Both the position numbers and the translations under genes were made by a program. Source: Camelus dromedarius (taxonomy: Eukaryota). Taken from it: 64,000 bases of DNA. A model generated the notes under the pieces. That model saw nothing but the letters and a program-made list of their open reading frames with translations, was not told where the DNA came from and did not search any database. The DNA is taken from the NCBI RefSeq assembly GCF_036321535.1, contig NC_087438.1, positions 1,676,001 to 1,740,000 on the forward strand. The letters are read 5' to 3'. Below are positions 37,501-50,649 of this stretch, piece after piece; position 1 is the stretch's first letter; each line of letters starts with the position of its first letter.

Positions 37501-40500
37501 TGAGCTGACTGCCCGAGGAAGCCCCTTCCCTGCCAGCAGGGAAACCTGCGTTTCTGTGCTGTGGGGAGTCATCGTAAGTCACCGCGCTGCATGGAGGCCG
37601 GGGCCCTCACCGACCTGGTGCTGAGCGCTGACTAAGAGCAGTCCGGTCGGGGGGACCGGCCCCCTCCATGGCAGCGCGCCCTGGCTGGCGCCAGTGTGCT
37701 GTCAGAACAACACAGCAGAGGGCTGGCTCCCCGTCGGAACAGAAACGCAGAGCCAAGGCCACGTGCACCGCGTTCACGCCGTCCTGCCAGCGTGCGTAGC
37801 GACAGCTAACCTGCCCGAACGGGAGACGACGGGATTCACCAGTGGAAACAAAGGTGGGCGTCTGTACTCAGGACCCCGGAGCTCCCCCACTAGGGATAGC
37901 TGACCCCCTTACACCCTGGTCACCTCAGGGTCCACCGGTGCCACCAGGCTCCAGCAGGCGTGAGCCATTCCTTTACTGGTTTAAATAAACAGGAACTTCC
38001 TGTTTGGCCACTAGGGGCTGTAGCAGAGAACTCGGGGTTTCAGGATAATCGCAAAGACATAACTGTGCTGGGGTGACATTTTAGAGGAAAAGCCTCCTTC
38101 CCACGCTAAAGTGGAGCCGCAGGAAAGAGTCGGACGGCAGCTCGCGGGCGCCGGGCACCTGAGCGCCCATCAGTTACATGTGCGCTCGGCGGGCTGGCAG
38201 GGCTTTCTTTCCTCAACCACCATGGGACTTCAGGCTCAATCAACTTTAAGGGGTGAACGTACTTGGCAAAACGGTTAGCTGGGGACGATTTCCACAACCT
38301 CCAGAACTTCCCGCATGTGTAGTATGCACCAAAGCATGTCTGAAGTTAAGCCCAGAAGTCACAGAACCTCTCTTGGATTTGGATTCCCGATTGGAGGGAA
38401 ATGATGAAAGCGAAAACGCAGAGCCACGCCGAGCACCTCGAGAGTCCCCAGCTCGTCCTCAGCCAAGTGGCAGCAAGCAGCTGGCCGGAATTTCTGAGTG
38501 CCTCTAATGAAGAGGCGTCCTCGTGGTTCGGATTTGGTGATTAAATGGAATAAGACGAATATTCCTTAGTGGGTTTCCTGGAAGAGGATTGCCCTGGAAG
38601 ACAGCAGGGGCCACGCATCCATCCCAGGGCCCCAGAGGAGGCGCGGGGGAACCACCCTTGGAAATCAAGCTTTTGATCGCATGGTGCTTGTCAGTGTGGG
38701 TTTTCCTTGCCATGTATTTCAAGACGCTTTCTTAGACCCAGTGGAGAGGTCTGGGCTGCTTTGTTGGGATTTCTGTCCTCAGAACGCAGAGCTGGGGGTT
38801 TGCAGAACCACCTCTGCATGGGTGCGTGGAGTGAACCCGCCTTGCGCTCAGCGCAGAGGCAGGAAGACTGAGCTTCCAGAAGCAGGAGCGCCCCCGAAGG
38901 CACCACAGAGATGATTCTGGGCCCCCCGACCTGGTTTGACACAGGCCACCTTCTCTCACCTTCTCTCCATGACGGGAGAAGCCGTGACAGTCACCCGCCA
39001 TCATCAGAGGCTCAAGGGTGAAGTGTGTACCCGCTAACTGTTCACTGAAACTGGGAGCAATCTGTGTGGCCCGTTTTCCCCGGATAAGCTCCTGCTGCTC
39101 TCACGACTTAGGGACATTTACTGACTTTATTGACAGGCAGGCACCATCCGTCTCCTGTTTATAAAGGCAGAAACGGAGACCTGGGCGGGGGGGCCAGGCT
39201 GGGCTGACCCACTACACGCAGGGAATGGCCCGCTCGGTGCTGGCTCCCTGAGCCCCGAGAAATGAGGGGTCCTGAGTAGATCAACCTTCAGAGAAGCAGG
39301 AATCATCGCTCACCCACAGACACCACCAGCGGACTTCAGGCTGCGGAACACCGGCCCTAGGGAGAAATGTATTTTATTATCTGCACGCACATGCACACGT
39401 GTGACTGAAGTACAAGTTGGAAAGCCCTCCCTCCCTTCCCAGTGACACTCTTTTATCCTATTTCATTTAAGGGAAACTGGACCCACCGAGAGGGGAAGCC
39501 ACCACGTGGAAGTACACCTGAACTCTTCAGCTCGCCTTGCACGTTCGCGGACGCGTCCCTGCGGACCCGGCAGCGGCGCCTGCGCCCGGGCTGTTCCTGC
39601 GCAGGGTGAGACGCTCCTTTTCCTGCAGCCACGAGAAGCAGGTATTCAAGAGACACTTAGCCAGCTCCTCAGCATGGGTCCTACCACCGCTGCTGACTGA
39701 GCCGGTGCATAACTGAACCCGAGACTTGAGCTGTGACCCAAGGTCGTTTAAACGACCTAATGGAACAGACAGATGTCATCAGCGGACTTCACACAAATCT
39801 TCCCGTGTCCTGGGAGCTCTTACTGGCTCCAAAGCATCCCAGGTCAACCCAGAGAGTCTTGGGCTTATAAACCCCAGACGTACAAGACGCTGACCCTCCT
39901 TCCCGACCTTGTTTTCTTCATTAAAAGGAGAGCATCTCTGGACTCAGTGCCCCCCACCCCCGGCACCGGGTACACAATGACAGTGCAGTCACATGAACTG
40001 AGGGGATGAACACACCACTGTGGCCAAGGCCTAGGCCACACCACACCCCCAGGCTGAGGAAGCAGAATTCGGATCCCAGGAGGCACGTGTGGGCCACTCT
40101 GTGCCAGCACCTCGGTGCCCGTGTTCCGAGGGCGCCCTCGCACGGGGCGGGAGCTGCCGGCCCACGGCCAGAGGCCCTCCCAGCGGGGCTAGCACAGTCG
40201 CGGCTGCTCCGCCCACCTGCACAATCCCGTGTGGCCTCCCACACCCCTGAGCTGACGGAGAAGATGGGGTCCCGGCTCTCCCAGAGGCAAACCCCTTACC
40301 GCAGTCTCATTCATTGTTAGCTCCATGTTTTGCTGAGGTTAGATTGAGGGGGGAGGAAAGAGCCAGGAAGCTTTGTTTAATCCAAATTCACACCCCGGCA
40401 ATGACATTCCCAAGGGATATTAAGGTAAGACTTTGGAAGGAAGGTGACTCAGGGAAGTCCACGCACACCACTGGCAGGAGTGGGAGCGCCTCAGGGCGGC

Positions 40501-42924
40501 TGCGCCTGCCTCACCCTGGGTGCGGGTGGGAAGGTTGTCATCTGCAAAATCCAAGGTCACTTTCGCCACTAGGAAAGTGTCCGTGAGGAACTATTAATAG
40601 AAACCGGGAGCGATACCGCTGTCCCAGCCTCATGATCCCCACGCCCGTGGCGAGCAGGGGGCTCGGGGCTCTGAGAGGCCTGGGCGACAGTAGCTGGGTT
40701 TTCTCCTACAAATGCCGCACCTGTCAGCTCTCACAGCAGGCTACACTCTTCCTCGCCCGCCGCCAGCGTCCTGCCATCCGGGGAAAGGTATTTTTAAACA
40801 TCTTTCAGTACATTTTATTACTCCCAAGTGCAGCAGAAATAGTTCTTCCATGCGTGAAGCAGCACCTTTCCCCCAGCACGACCCGCAGCGAGGGAGCATC
40901 TTAGAGACGGCGAGCCGTCACCCTAATCGCTTTTGACTTTTTTCTTCAAAACCGCGTCATGAAAATGCTGCAATATGATAAAAGGGGATTGTTCTCTAGG
41001 AAAAAAGAAAGAGCTGAGGTTTCAGTTCAGCGTGCACAGAATATCCCGTCGCTGTGTGCCAGCCCGGGCTCGGTCAGGGCGACGCCCTCCCAGGTAAGGG
41101 TGCCGGGCTCTCCCCAGCTCTGGGACCACCATTCATGACCTCAGAGAAGTCACACGGCCTCACAAATGCAGCTTTAGGAACACTCGGAGGGTTCTGGTCC
41201 CACCTTCCGGCCTCCCGCAGCTGCCAGCGCATTCACAAATGCATATTTGCGGAGCACCGTGAGCTGTTTGGAGAGGGTCTCAGGGGCCAGGGGTCTCAGG
41301 GGCCAGGACTCCCAGGCCTCCTCCCTCCCAGAGTGAAAACACACAAGGGAGAGACGTGCAAATTCACGTGGGGCTCAGCGTCGCGGCGGCGTCACGTTGT
41401 GAGGACCAGCCCTTCCCGATCCTCCGTTTCCCTGGGGCTCATGACTCCCACGCATTCAGAAGATGTGCTTCCAAAATCAGGAACAGAGATGCTCAGGGCT
41501 CGTTGTGGATATAAAGGCAAACAATTTGCCACGACATTTTTTTTTTTTACCGATTTACCAACAAAGGTCCTAAATCCATGGTGCTCACCCCGTTCTCTTT
41601 TCAGGGTTCTAACGTCTTTCTCAGCCCCCCATGGGGGACGCCCTTGTATGCGAGGATCACGGGACTTTCTTTTCTCTTTTCCATGTCCCTTCAGGCTTGG
41701 AATCCCACTAATGGGCGGTAGACACAAGGCCCATTAGCCGCCTAAAGGTTTCTAAGTTATCCCGCCATAAAATATTTCGCAAGTAGCACCAGGGGGTTAA
41801 TACTTGTCAGTGAATTGAAGAACATGTTAAGTCATTCTTAACGGTGCTAGAAAGTCTTCTGACCACTGCTTGCTTCACGGGGGCTCCATCTCAAACACAG
41901 CCTTTTCGAGAGGAAATAATCGTAGTTCTGTTACCACCGTGGACACGCTGCGCTAAGGAACTCGAGGCTGCAGACAGACGTTCCTTCCAGAAGGTAAGTT
42001 AGCGGCCGCGTCGTCTGGTGTTTGTCCCGTCCTGCAGGGCTGCCGGCAGCCCGATGGGGGCCGCACTGAGTCCCGGGCCCCTGCGTGGATGGAGCGTTGG
42101 GGGCGCTGTGTGCGCGGTGGCAGAGTGAGACAGAGAAGCCCGGAGCTGGAGGAAGCGAGCCTGATCGCGCTGTCCACGCGCCCCTCCCTCGCCTCCTCCG
42201 GCCACAGGACACTCAAGAAATGCATGTGGACAACGTGGTTTTCAAAACGCTCGCTCTTACAATTATGCCTTCAGAACACAACGGTCCAACAACTGGGCCC
42301 GGAGTGGAGCCGACCACAGGTGAGGGGCAGTCCCCCCTGGATCCCATAGGGAAGAGAGACCTGTGCTTGCCTCCCGACCCTCTCCAAGGTCAGGTGGCGC
42401 TGCCTGGGGTCAGGGTGAGGACGACCCCCTTGGAGAGGCCGGGGACAAGATGCCAAGTTTCCGTGGCAGGAGGGGGACCCAGGTCAACAGGCAGCCTTCT
42501 GGGGAAGGGCACCCTGCTCCCCAGCTGCTCATCACCCCCAGAAGCATGTCGCTGTTGACCCCAGCGGGGCCTTTACATGTCACCTTGAACTTGAACTATT
42601 TACTTGTATTCAGACCCTGGAGATGCGTGTCCTCTGCACCCAGTCCCAGCTCTGGGTGTGTCCCATTGAGACAGCGTGATGACAAGGAAGAAGCGAAACA
42701 TCCCGGGCCTGTCTCTCCCCAGGCAGCTGGTGCGTGACAGGGTGTGCCACCTGGCTGGTGGGCGATGGGCAACAGTCCCCCATACGCCTGAAAGACCTGG
42801 GCCACTTGCTACGTCCTGCTTAAGGGCTGTTCACCCGCATGACGTAAGGGAGACACAACTCCTGCTCCAAAATTAGACTGTGCAGGTGAGACAGCATCTG
42901 AGGGGACCGCGGGAGCTCTGGAAG

Positions 42925-43037
42925 GTGTGCGTGCGTGTGTGCGTGCCTGTGTTTGTGCGTGTGCATGTGTGCGTGCGCGCGCGCGTGTGTACGTGCGTGT
43001 GTGCGTGTGCGTCTGTACGAATGCACGTGTGTGCGTG
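42925..43037. repeat. Alternating purine-pyrimidine (TG/CG)n tract
   Basis: Read directly; includes a (CG)n core near 42976-42984. Confidence 0.9.
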
Positions 43038-43330
43038 AAACAAAAGGGCAAGAGCTATTGTGCTTGATCCTTAAGGTTTAAGCAGCTTCAGCTACCGGTT
43101 AGCCAAGAACTCAATGAAAAAAGAGAAAAGGATTGAAGAGAAAGCACAAGGGGTGAGACCTGCTCACGTGAGCCGAGAGCGGCTGGCGGTGCCCCGGGAC
43201 CTGGGGCCGGCGGGACGCCCGCAGTGTACGGGTCAGAAGGGTGAAGTCCAGCCGTGTTTGTGAAGCTCTAGATTTCACCTGCCTCTCCGATTTTGATTTA
43301 CTCTAGGAAATTTAAACTCCATCGGTGGGG

Positions 43331-43400
43331 GTGTGTGTGTGTGTGTGTGTGTGTGTGGAGAGAGACAGAAACAGAGACACGGAGACACAGAGAGAGAAGT
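43331..43400. repeat. (GT)13 followed by a GA-rich repeat
   Basis: Read directly. Confidence 0.9.
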
Positions 43401-44097
43401 GTATCATATCAAAAAATTGGAGGATCTCAGGAAATAAACCTACTGTAATTGTAGTTTCAGATTCCAGGAGGAAAGAGGCCAGAGGCCCTCTCAGTCCTGG
43501 GGTGCTGAGCCCGGGCCAGGCACAGGGCCCCTGGCCCCGAAGGCAGGCAGAGGGCAGCCCCGCGGTGCGGGATGACCATCACCCTGCCTCTCCTCCCGCC
43601 AGACAGAGGTCTGGGTTCCACGGTGTGTTTCTTTGTTTTTGCAAATACTGAGGCCCCATTCTGTGAACTTGCCGTAGAGTAATTTAGGGGAAAGAAGGAC
43701 GCCAGCACAGCTCAGTTCCATAACAACCACGCCGGCTCACCTCCGCCTGCCTGTCCACACCCCCCAGAACCACGCCGCCACCATCGCCGGACAGAGCCCC
43801 CTCGGGAACCAGAGGCAGCGCGCATCGGCCGGCGCGTCAGGCGCCGCGGAAACAAACGCAGTGTTAGGCCGAGAGGAAACGTTCCCAGTGCTTTACCTGT
43901 CTGACTCTTCCTTGCCATTTGCTAAAGTTAATAGCAGTTAATGTCCATGAAAACGGTTTTGAATTTCACGAGCTTCTTTTTCACTGGTGAGTCTCCCACG
44001 CAATCGGAATGTCTGCGCGCTGAGTCCCGTGAGGGGGAAGAGGGCTGCGAAGTGCGACCGTCCTTCAGGGGAGAGACACACTCACCCCTGACACCAA

Positions 44098-44136
44098 CAC
44101 GCACACGCACACGCACACGCGCGCACACGCACACAC
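44098..44136. repeat. (CA/CG)n alternating tract
   Basis: Read directly. Confidence 0.85.
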
Positions 44137-44737
44137 TGTTCCCTGCAGTTTTAGCGTTTTGGCTGGAACGTATACATATTGCATGTATTAGCAGAGTTGT
44201 CAGCATCACCGACGTAATTGCCCAAAGTCATTGCTTCTTCCCTGGCAGTTGAAAGCCCAGAACCCCCGTGAAGGAGTGAACAGACTTCTTTGACCCACTT
44301 AAGTCTCCTTTGCATTTGTATCTGACAGGGACCCGGCGTCTCACCGAGGATTTTGCGAGAAGACGTCTTGGGTGTTCTGCTCACTTCCTGCATCCCGGGG
44401 GCTGGGGCTGCGCGGGCCTGCGGGTCACTCACCATGGGGGCTGCCCGCGGGGGGCTGGACCGGACCCGAGCCCCGGCTGTCCCTCCTCTGCTGCCCCCTC
44501 TTCTGCGTCTCACCATGCGGGTACTTCAACCCACACACAGTGTTTCCAGACCCCACCATCACTTCCTGAGTGTTTAATAAGTACACGCATTTGAAATAGA
44601 TGCCAAGTGTCTGCATCCGTCAAATTGCTCTCAAGAGCAGTTGAGGCAGCGCCGTGCAGAGAGGGTCCAGACAGGGCAAGAGATCAGGAGGGAGCGAGAG
44701 CACAGGTGCTGTCAGGGAAAACCGCTCTGAGCTCCCA

Positions 44738-44900
44738 GCCTCCTGCACTCTCATCTACACTGCCTCCCACACCTGACTGTCTACACTGCCTCCCGCACTC
44801 ATGGTCTACACTGCCTCCCACACCTGACTGTCTACACTGCCTCCTGCACCCAAGTGTCTACACTGCCTCCTGAAGTTGACTGTCTACACAATGCCCCTGC
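44738..44900. repeat. 25-26 bp minisatellite with constant core TCTACACTGCCTCC
   Basis: Full cores start at 44754, 44780, 44805, 44831 and 44857, with partial copies on both sides. Confidence 0.9.
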
Positions 44901-46952
44901 AACTAGCAGTCTGCAGTTTCCCAGCACAAAGATGTGTTTTCTAACAAGCAAGGAAAATGAGGAGGATTATCCAGGAGGCTGCAGGACCCGGGTCCTGCTA
45001 GTGTGGGAAGAGTCTGGGGTCTGATTCTGCAGGTGGGTGGGTCCCCCCGCAGCCCCTCGACCAGGCGGGCATTTAGTCTGCGACATTTTGGAGGTTGGTG
45101 TGGGGAGGGCTTGGAGGCAGAAGTGCTGCGTTTGGATGTTGTGATGGGCGGACGGAGGCGGGGGGGCCACAGGGAGGCCTGCTGGGTCAGAGGTGGAGCA
45201 GCAGGGAAGGGGCCGAGGAGGCGGGTAGGTAGTGCTGCTGGTCACCGTCACATGCCTTCCCGTCGAAACAGTTGAAAGGAACGTGTCCAGTTTCGTTTGC
45301 GTCCCCAGCCTAGTGCATCGCTGGGCCTTCCTTCCCAGCATAAGTTCTCTGCTTCCAGCGTAAATTCCCACTTGAAAGTCAGTCTCTTTGAGCAAACTCT
45401 GGTGTCCTTCCAGACGTGCTGTGCAGCCACAGTGAACCAGAAGCAGACGGGGCCGAGCGTGGGGTGTAGGGTTACCCCGCTCTGTGCTCCTGGAGAAAGA
45501 CTACAGGCCAGAGACCAGAGATGAGTGTGTTCTAAACACACACTTTCGAGGATGCACCGTGATTGAAACCTCTGAAACCAATAAGAAAGTCCTAAGAAAT
45601 CTGTGTCCCTAGACGTTTACAGTGATTTTAAGGGCTTGTTGATAACACATTCATTAGTGGAATTGTTCAGCCACACAATGAAATCAAACGAGAAATTATT
45701 GAAAACTCCAGTTACGTCTTCTAATTTCTGTCGAGTTGAAAAGTAGGTACTTTTAAAGGAACTCAAGTCCATTACCAAGAGTCTAGCAATCCAACACGAA
45801 CCAGTGTGAATGCAGTCTGCAGGCGGTGACTCGCACTAGGACTCCGAATCTCAGGAAAGGCCTCGTGACCAAACCTACCATTCTGACTCCATCATGCTGC
45901 CTCTCACCTTTCTATCTGCAATCACGTGAGGCCACAAACACTCACTGTGTTGATTTCAGATCCAGACAAACCTATCAAGCGCACCCCCCCCCCATCGCGT
46001 TCCTGGACCTCGGTGCTGGCTGGAGCCGAGACACAGGCTGTAAGTCAAATCACCTGCAGAAAAGAGGTCAGGACCCAAGCCCGACCACTGCCATCCCCCC
46101 TGCCTGCTGAGCTTGCTGAGGCTGGTCTGTGTGCCCACTGCTGGGCCAATACTGAGATCACCACCTGTAGGCTGCAGACGTTTCCCCTGCCTCTGATGGA
46201 AGTCAGAGGGCCACGCTAAGCCACTGTCTCCACCATCTCCAGACAGCTCCTTTGCAGGGCTTCCGTGGTCTCTGGAAACGTCTGGATCTTCAAAGAGCAG
46301 GTGAGTCCTCACGTTGCCTCTCCCCCATCCACCCGGGTGGAAGTCCGAGGATGCTGCCGAGGTCCGAGCTCTGTCACCCAAATGCTGCCTGAGTTCCTGC
46401 CACGGGCATTCACTTCTTGTGTTTTCAGCCTCCGTTCTTCACTGGAGGCCAAGCTAGAGCAGCTGACCCCGAATCTCTCTCCAGGTGGCCCACGTGTCAA
46501 TCCTGGCCGCGGGACCATTGGACTAATACATGAAGTCTTTTAATGTGGAACCTAAAAGCCCTGAGCCTGGGTGGCTGTGAACAAATCCATGCCCATGTGA
46601 AGTGACCACTTTCAAGCAGCAGCCCTCACTGAAGGGAAGAGCATGTGACTTGGGAGCGGGTTTCCACTGGAGAAAGGAGACCTGGAAGGTTTGGCGATCA
46701 GGCCAGAACAGAAGAGAAACGTGGAAAGGGTTGTTGGAGTCTCTGTTTCAAGACGAAGTTCGTTTGCTTTCTACCGCAGGGTGGTTCTGGCTTGAACCCG
46801 AGTCACATGGCACCTCAAATTCCACTCACACACGGTTGCTGAATTCAGTTCTGTTAAATCTGCCTCAGTGCCTCCCTCCCACACACCTCTGTTCCAAGTC
46901 GTGTAAGAAAAAAACTCACTTGACAAATAATTTTAATGTATCTCATCAATAT

Positions 46953-47137
46953 TAGGGTTGCCAGATTCAGCAAATAAAAATAAAGAATCTCCAGTTAAGT
47001 TTAGGTTTCAGAAAGCCAACAAGACTTTAGAGTATGTCCTGAACACTACATGGGCCTTACTTACACTACCAAGGCATCCATAGTCTATCAAAATATCAAG
47101 TGTAACTGGATGTCTTGTATTTCATTTGGCAACTCTG
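46953..47137. mobile_element. MER53-like palindromic non-autonomous DNA transposon (MITE)
   Basis: Terminal inverted repeats TAGGGTTGCCAGAT...ATTTGGCAACTCTG; inner inverted arms CCAGTTA/TAACTGG and AGTATGTCC/GGGCCTTACT; ~185 bp. Confidence 0.85.
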
Positions 47138-47309
47138 TAATTTATATATATTTATATATTTATGTTTGAACATTTATGTGTATACTCATGTGTTCTTTGT
47201 ATTCTATTCTTACTGTACTTTTTAATTGATTGTATCTATTATTTCTTGCAGAAGTCTGAGATGCCTCTGAGGTCAGGGAGAGGACCATTTTTTGTGCTAT
47301 GTAAAATCA

Positions 47310-47580
47310 AACCAATGACATTGTGCATTTATCAAAACCTATAGAATGTGCAACCCAGAGACTGAACCCTAATGGAAACTGTGGGCTCGAGTTAATAATA
47401 ATGTATCAATTTTGGACCATCAATTGTAACAAATGCAGGCACTCATGCAGGATGTGAAGATAGGGGAAATGTTTGTTGAGCGCGTGGACAGACCTGTATA
47501 GGAATTTTTTGTATTCACTGTGTAGTTTTTCTGTAACCCTGTAACTGCTCTAAAATATCAAGTCTATTTTAAAAATCAAA
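47310..47580 (+). mobile_element. L1MC-like 3' end
   Basis: tcaaaacctatagaatgtgcaac..tgaaccctaatg..gttaataataatgtatcaat..catcaattgtaacaaatg..aactgctctaaaa. Confidence 0.8.
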
Positions 47581-50500
47581 TGTGTAAGACACATGTGCTA
47601 ATATTTGATTTTCCAAATGATGCAAAGCAGTAAAGTGTGTAAGTGGGGCCCAGCTTCCCGTGTGGGACCCGAGCTGGAAAGTGCGAATCCGGCTATGGAG
47701 AGGCTGCCTTGCGATCGCAGCGGCAGGGAAAGGCTCCTCCTTAGGGGAGCGGTGCTGGACTGAGGCAGAAAGCTGTCGACCTCCAAGGAAAAGATCCACT
47801 CCAGGCTCTTCCCCACCCTACCCGTCCCCAGTCAGGGCATTACTGGGGTCCTTCTCTGCTCCTGAGTCTCATACCATTAAAATGACCTTTTCCCACCAGG
47901 CCACACCCACTGACATCCAACCCCTAGTGCAGTTGAACCACTTCTCCAGTCTTGCCGCCAGTGCCCCAGCCACAGGTTGGCATCAAATCTTCCCACAGCT
48001 CTTTGGGCGGGTGACATGGCTTCTTACATGAATGGGGGAGGAGGAGGCTCAGAAAAGATGCACACACGCTTGCCCTCGGCTGGACCTCAGGACGTGCATC
48101 AGAGCCGAGTCCAGCCCGGAGTCTCACCCGCACCCCCACCCCACAGCTCCCTCTCTGCTCGCGTTCTCAGATCCTGCCTCTGTCAGAGATCACGTTTCTC
48201 AAAATTAAAATCATGCAGCTTTATCTTTTAAAGCTTTTAATTAATTGTTTGATATTTATAAATTATATGTATTTTGCCCTCCAATCTTAATAGAAACCTT
48301 TGAATATTTGAGAAGAAAAACTATTTATCAGAAAACAGCAAATGGGTCATTTTTATTTTTCTGCATCTGGTTTACTCTACAGGTTCTGTTGAAAACAGAT
48401 TTAAATGTCCACTTGGAATACAATAACTTTTTAAGTTTTGAATTGTTGTTGGTAGAAGAGAAATTATGTGAAAAGCTTGATATATATACCAGGTAAGGAG
48501 GGATCCTGCTGAAAAAGAAAAAACTGAAGAAATATATAATTTATGAATTACACTGTCTTTATTTTACGACAAACCCAAGCCTCGTCACCCCTCCTCAGAA
48601 CAAAACACCCAGACAGGCGCAGTAATCATTAAATCCGGTCCTCTTTGATATGTTGATGACTTCCCTGCAAATCACGCTTTGCACATGTTTTGTGATTTTG
48701 TCAGTTGAAGGTGTATTTTCCCAGGGAGAAGGATAAAACATGCTGCACAGAGCAGTTTGTAAACCTGATTTACAAATGTTCACTGTTCAGACACTGAAGG
48801 GGCCTCGTTTATCCCCTCGCCCCGGCCCCCACGTGGCCTTCCCTGGGCCTCGGGCTGAGATGTGGGCGGGGAGCCTAACGAGCAGGGCAGGCGGACAGCG
48901 ACACGTGGGCCTGTCGAACCCGAGCCTCCTGTGCAGGAGGAGCTGGGCGTTGGGAGGAGGGCCGCTTGGGGCAGTCAGGGGGCCACCCTGTCCCCTCCCC
49001 TCCCCATGCTGTGGAGGTCACTGGCAGGCACCCTCGTGTCCGGGAGCTCTCTGCCCAGCAGCTCAGCCTCCAGAGTGCATGCGCTGCACCCCCTGCAGGA
49101 CTGCTGCCCAGAGCCAGGGCCGGGGCCCTGCCAAGGGGGCCACCTGCCCTGTTTAGATCTCACCCTCCATCACTTGTGTGGGACCCTCTCCTGGTGATCC
49201 CTGGAGGAGGCACCTGCCTCCGAGCATCCTGCCTGAGGCTGCCACAGAAGGAGGCCGGGTACCAGGAAAATAGTGCTTCCTGGGCCGTTTGACCCCAAGA
49301 TGATTTTAGGAACTCCACTGGTCCTTTCCTGCGTGACAGATTTGCTGCCAGCGTTTTGTTCTGACCTCTAGGTAACAGTCAGGCTAAGGGCCCCCCTGGC
49401 CTGGGAGCACCCCTGCCCCCTCTCCTGCAGCCCACAGCCCACCTGCAGCTGGCCTTCTTCCCAGCCTCTCCGCCCCCGGTGCACTGGGAAGACAGGGACA
49501 GGAGGGGCTTGCGCCTGAATGCATCGCTTGCTTCTGCTTGAAGATCTAAAGTCTACAGAAAGTTTACATTATAACTCACTTGTGGGTCTGCCTGCTGGCA
49601 GGCTGACTTCATCTTCTTTCAAAGCACAGCCTTAACTCAGCCCCGTCCTTTATAAGAGGTCAAGCCCTGAGGAGATGTTAAGCCAACTGTGCTTCTCATC
49701 CAGGCTTGGGCTCCCCCCACCCCCACCCCGGGAAGGTAGCCGCTGTTTATATCTGGGCCCATTACCACCTAACACAGTATTATTTGAGGGGCTGAGTATC
49801 ACTAATCGTTTTAAAACAAATTGTTTTTCCACTGCTTAAGAGCCAGAAAGAATAAACCTGAAACTGGCCTGGGCCTCCTATTTAAATAAACTAGCTTCCT
49901 CATGGGACCTGCCCAGACTTGGACCCAGGGGTCCGCGAGGCGCCCCCTCCCGCCCCACCCCCTCCTGGCCTCCACACCTTGGCCGGCTGGTCCAGGCCGC
50001 ATTCACCGTCTCCCTATCTCAGCTGTGCGGACCTCCAGGATCTAGTTACCACTGAGTCAGATGGTGGGAAGGATGGGGCCAAGGTCGCTTTGGGGACACA
50101 ATTTCCCCAGATCAACAACAGGGCCTGCCTCCTAAAGGTCACAGAGCACACCACCTCCTGGATCCTATCCTCACCCGCTCCCCACCCTCACCCCCAGAGC
50201 CTCCCCCCGCCGCCGCTGGCGCCCCCTGCACGTCCTGCGCTGCTCTGGGACCCTCTCCAGCTAAGGACGGTGCTCCTATGGTCCTGCCCCTCTGCTGCCA
50301 ATTCTGAGCGTCCAAGTCAAAGTCACCAGTGGCTGCCACGAGCCCCCAAAATGAAGGGTTGGGCCGAGAATGGGTTCAAGGACCCCCCCCAACACCTTGA
50401 CTCAGGGTCTTGTCCTGAGGTGTCGTAGCAGGCCGGAACCCAGGGGACCTGGCATGCTCGCAGGTGCCCCCAACTGGGCTGTGAACACTGCTGCGTCCGC

Positions 50501-50649
50501 GTGGGCGTCCCCAACTCCAGGCAGCCCTCCAGACTGTTCTTAAAGAAAGAAGCATGGGGAGGCTGGGGAGGGTGTGTCCAGGTACCTAAATTTGCGTTGT
50601 CAGGCCTGTAAAACCCTGACTTCGCCTGGTTAATTCCCTAAAAAGGAGA

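Noticed and set aside
44754..44890. CRISPR-like repeat-spacer array
   Set aside because: The repeat is only 14 bp, the 11-12 bp spacers are related to each other, there are no cas genes and the context is mammalian. It is a minisatellite.
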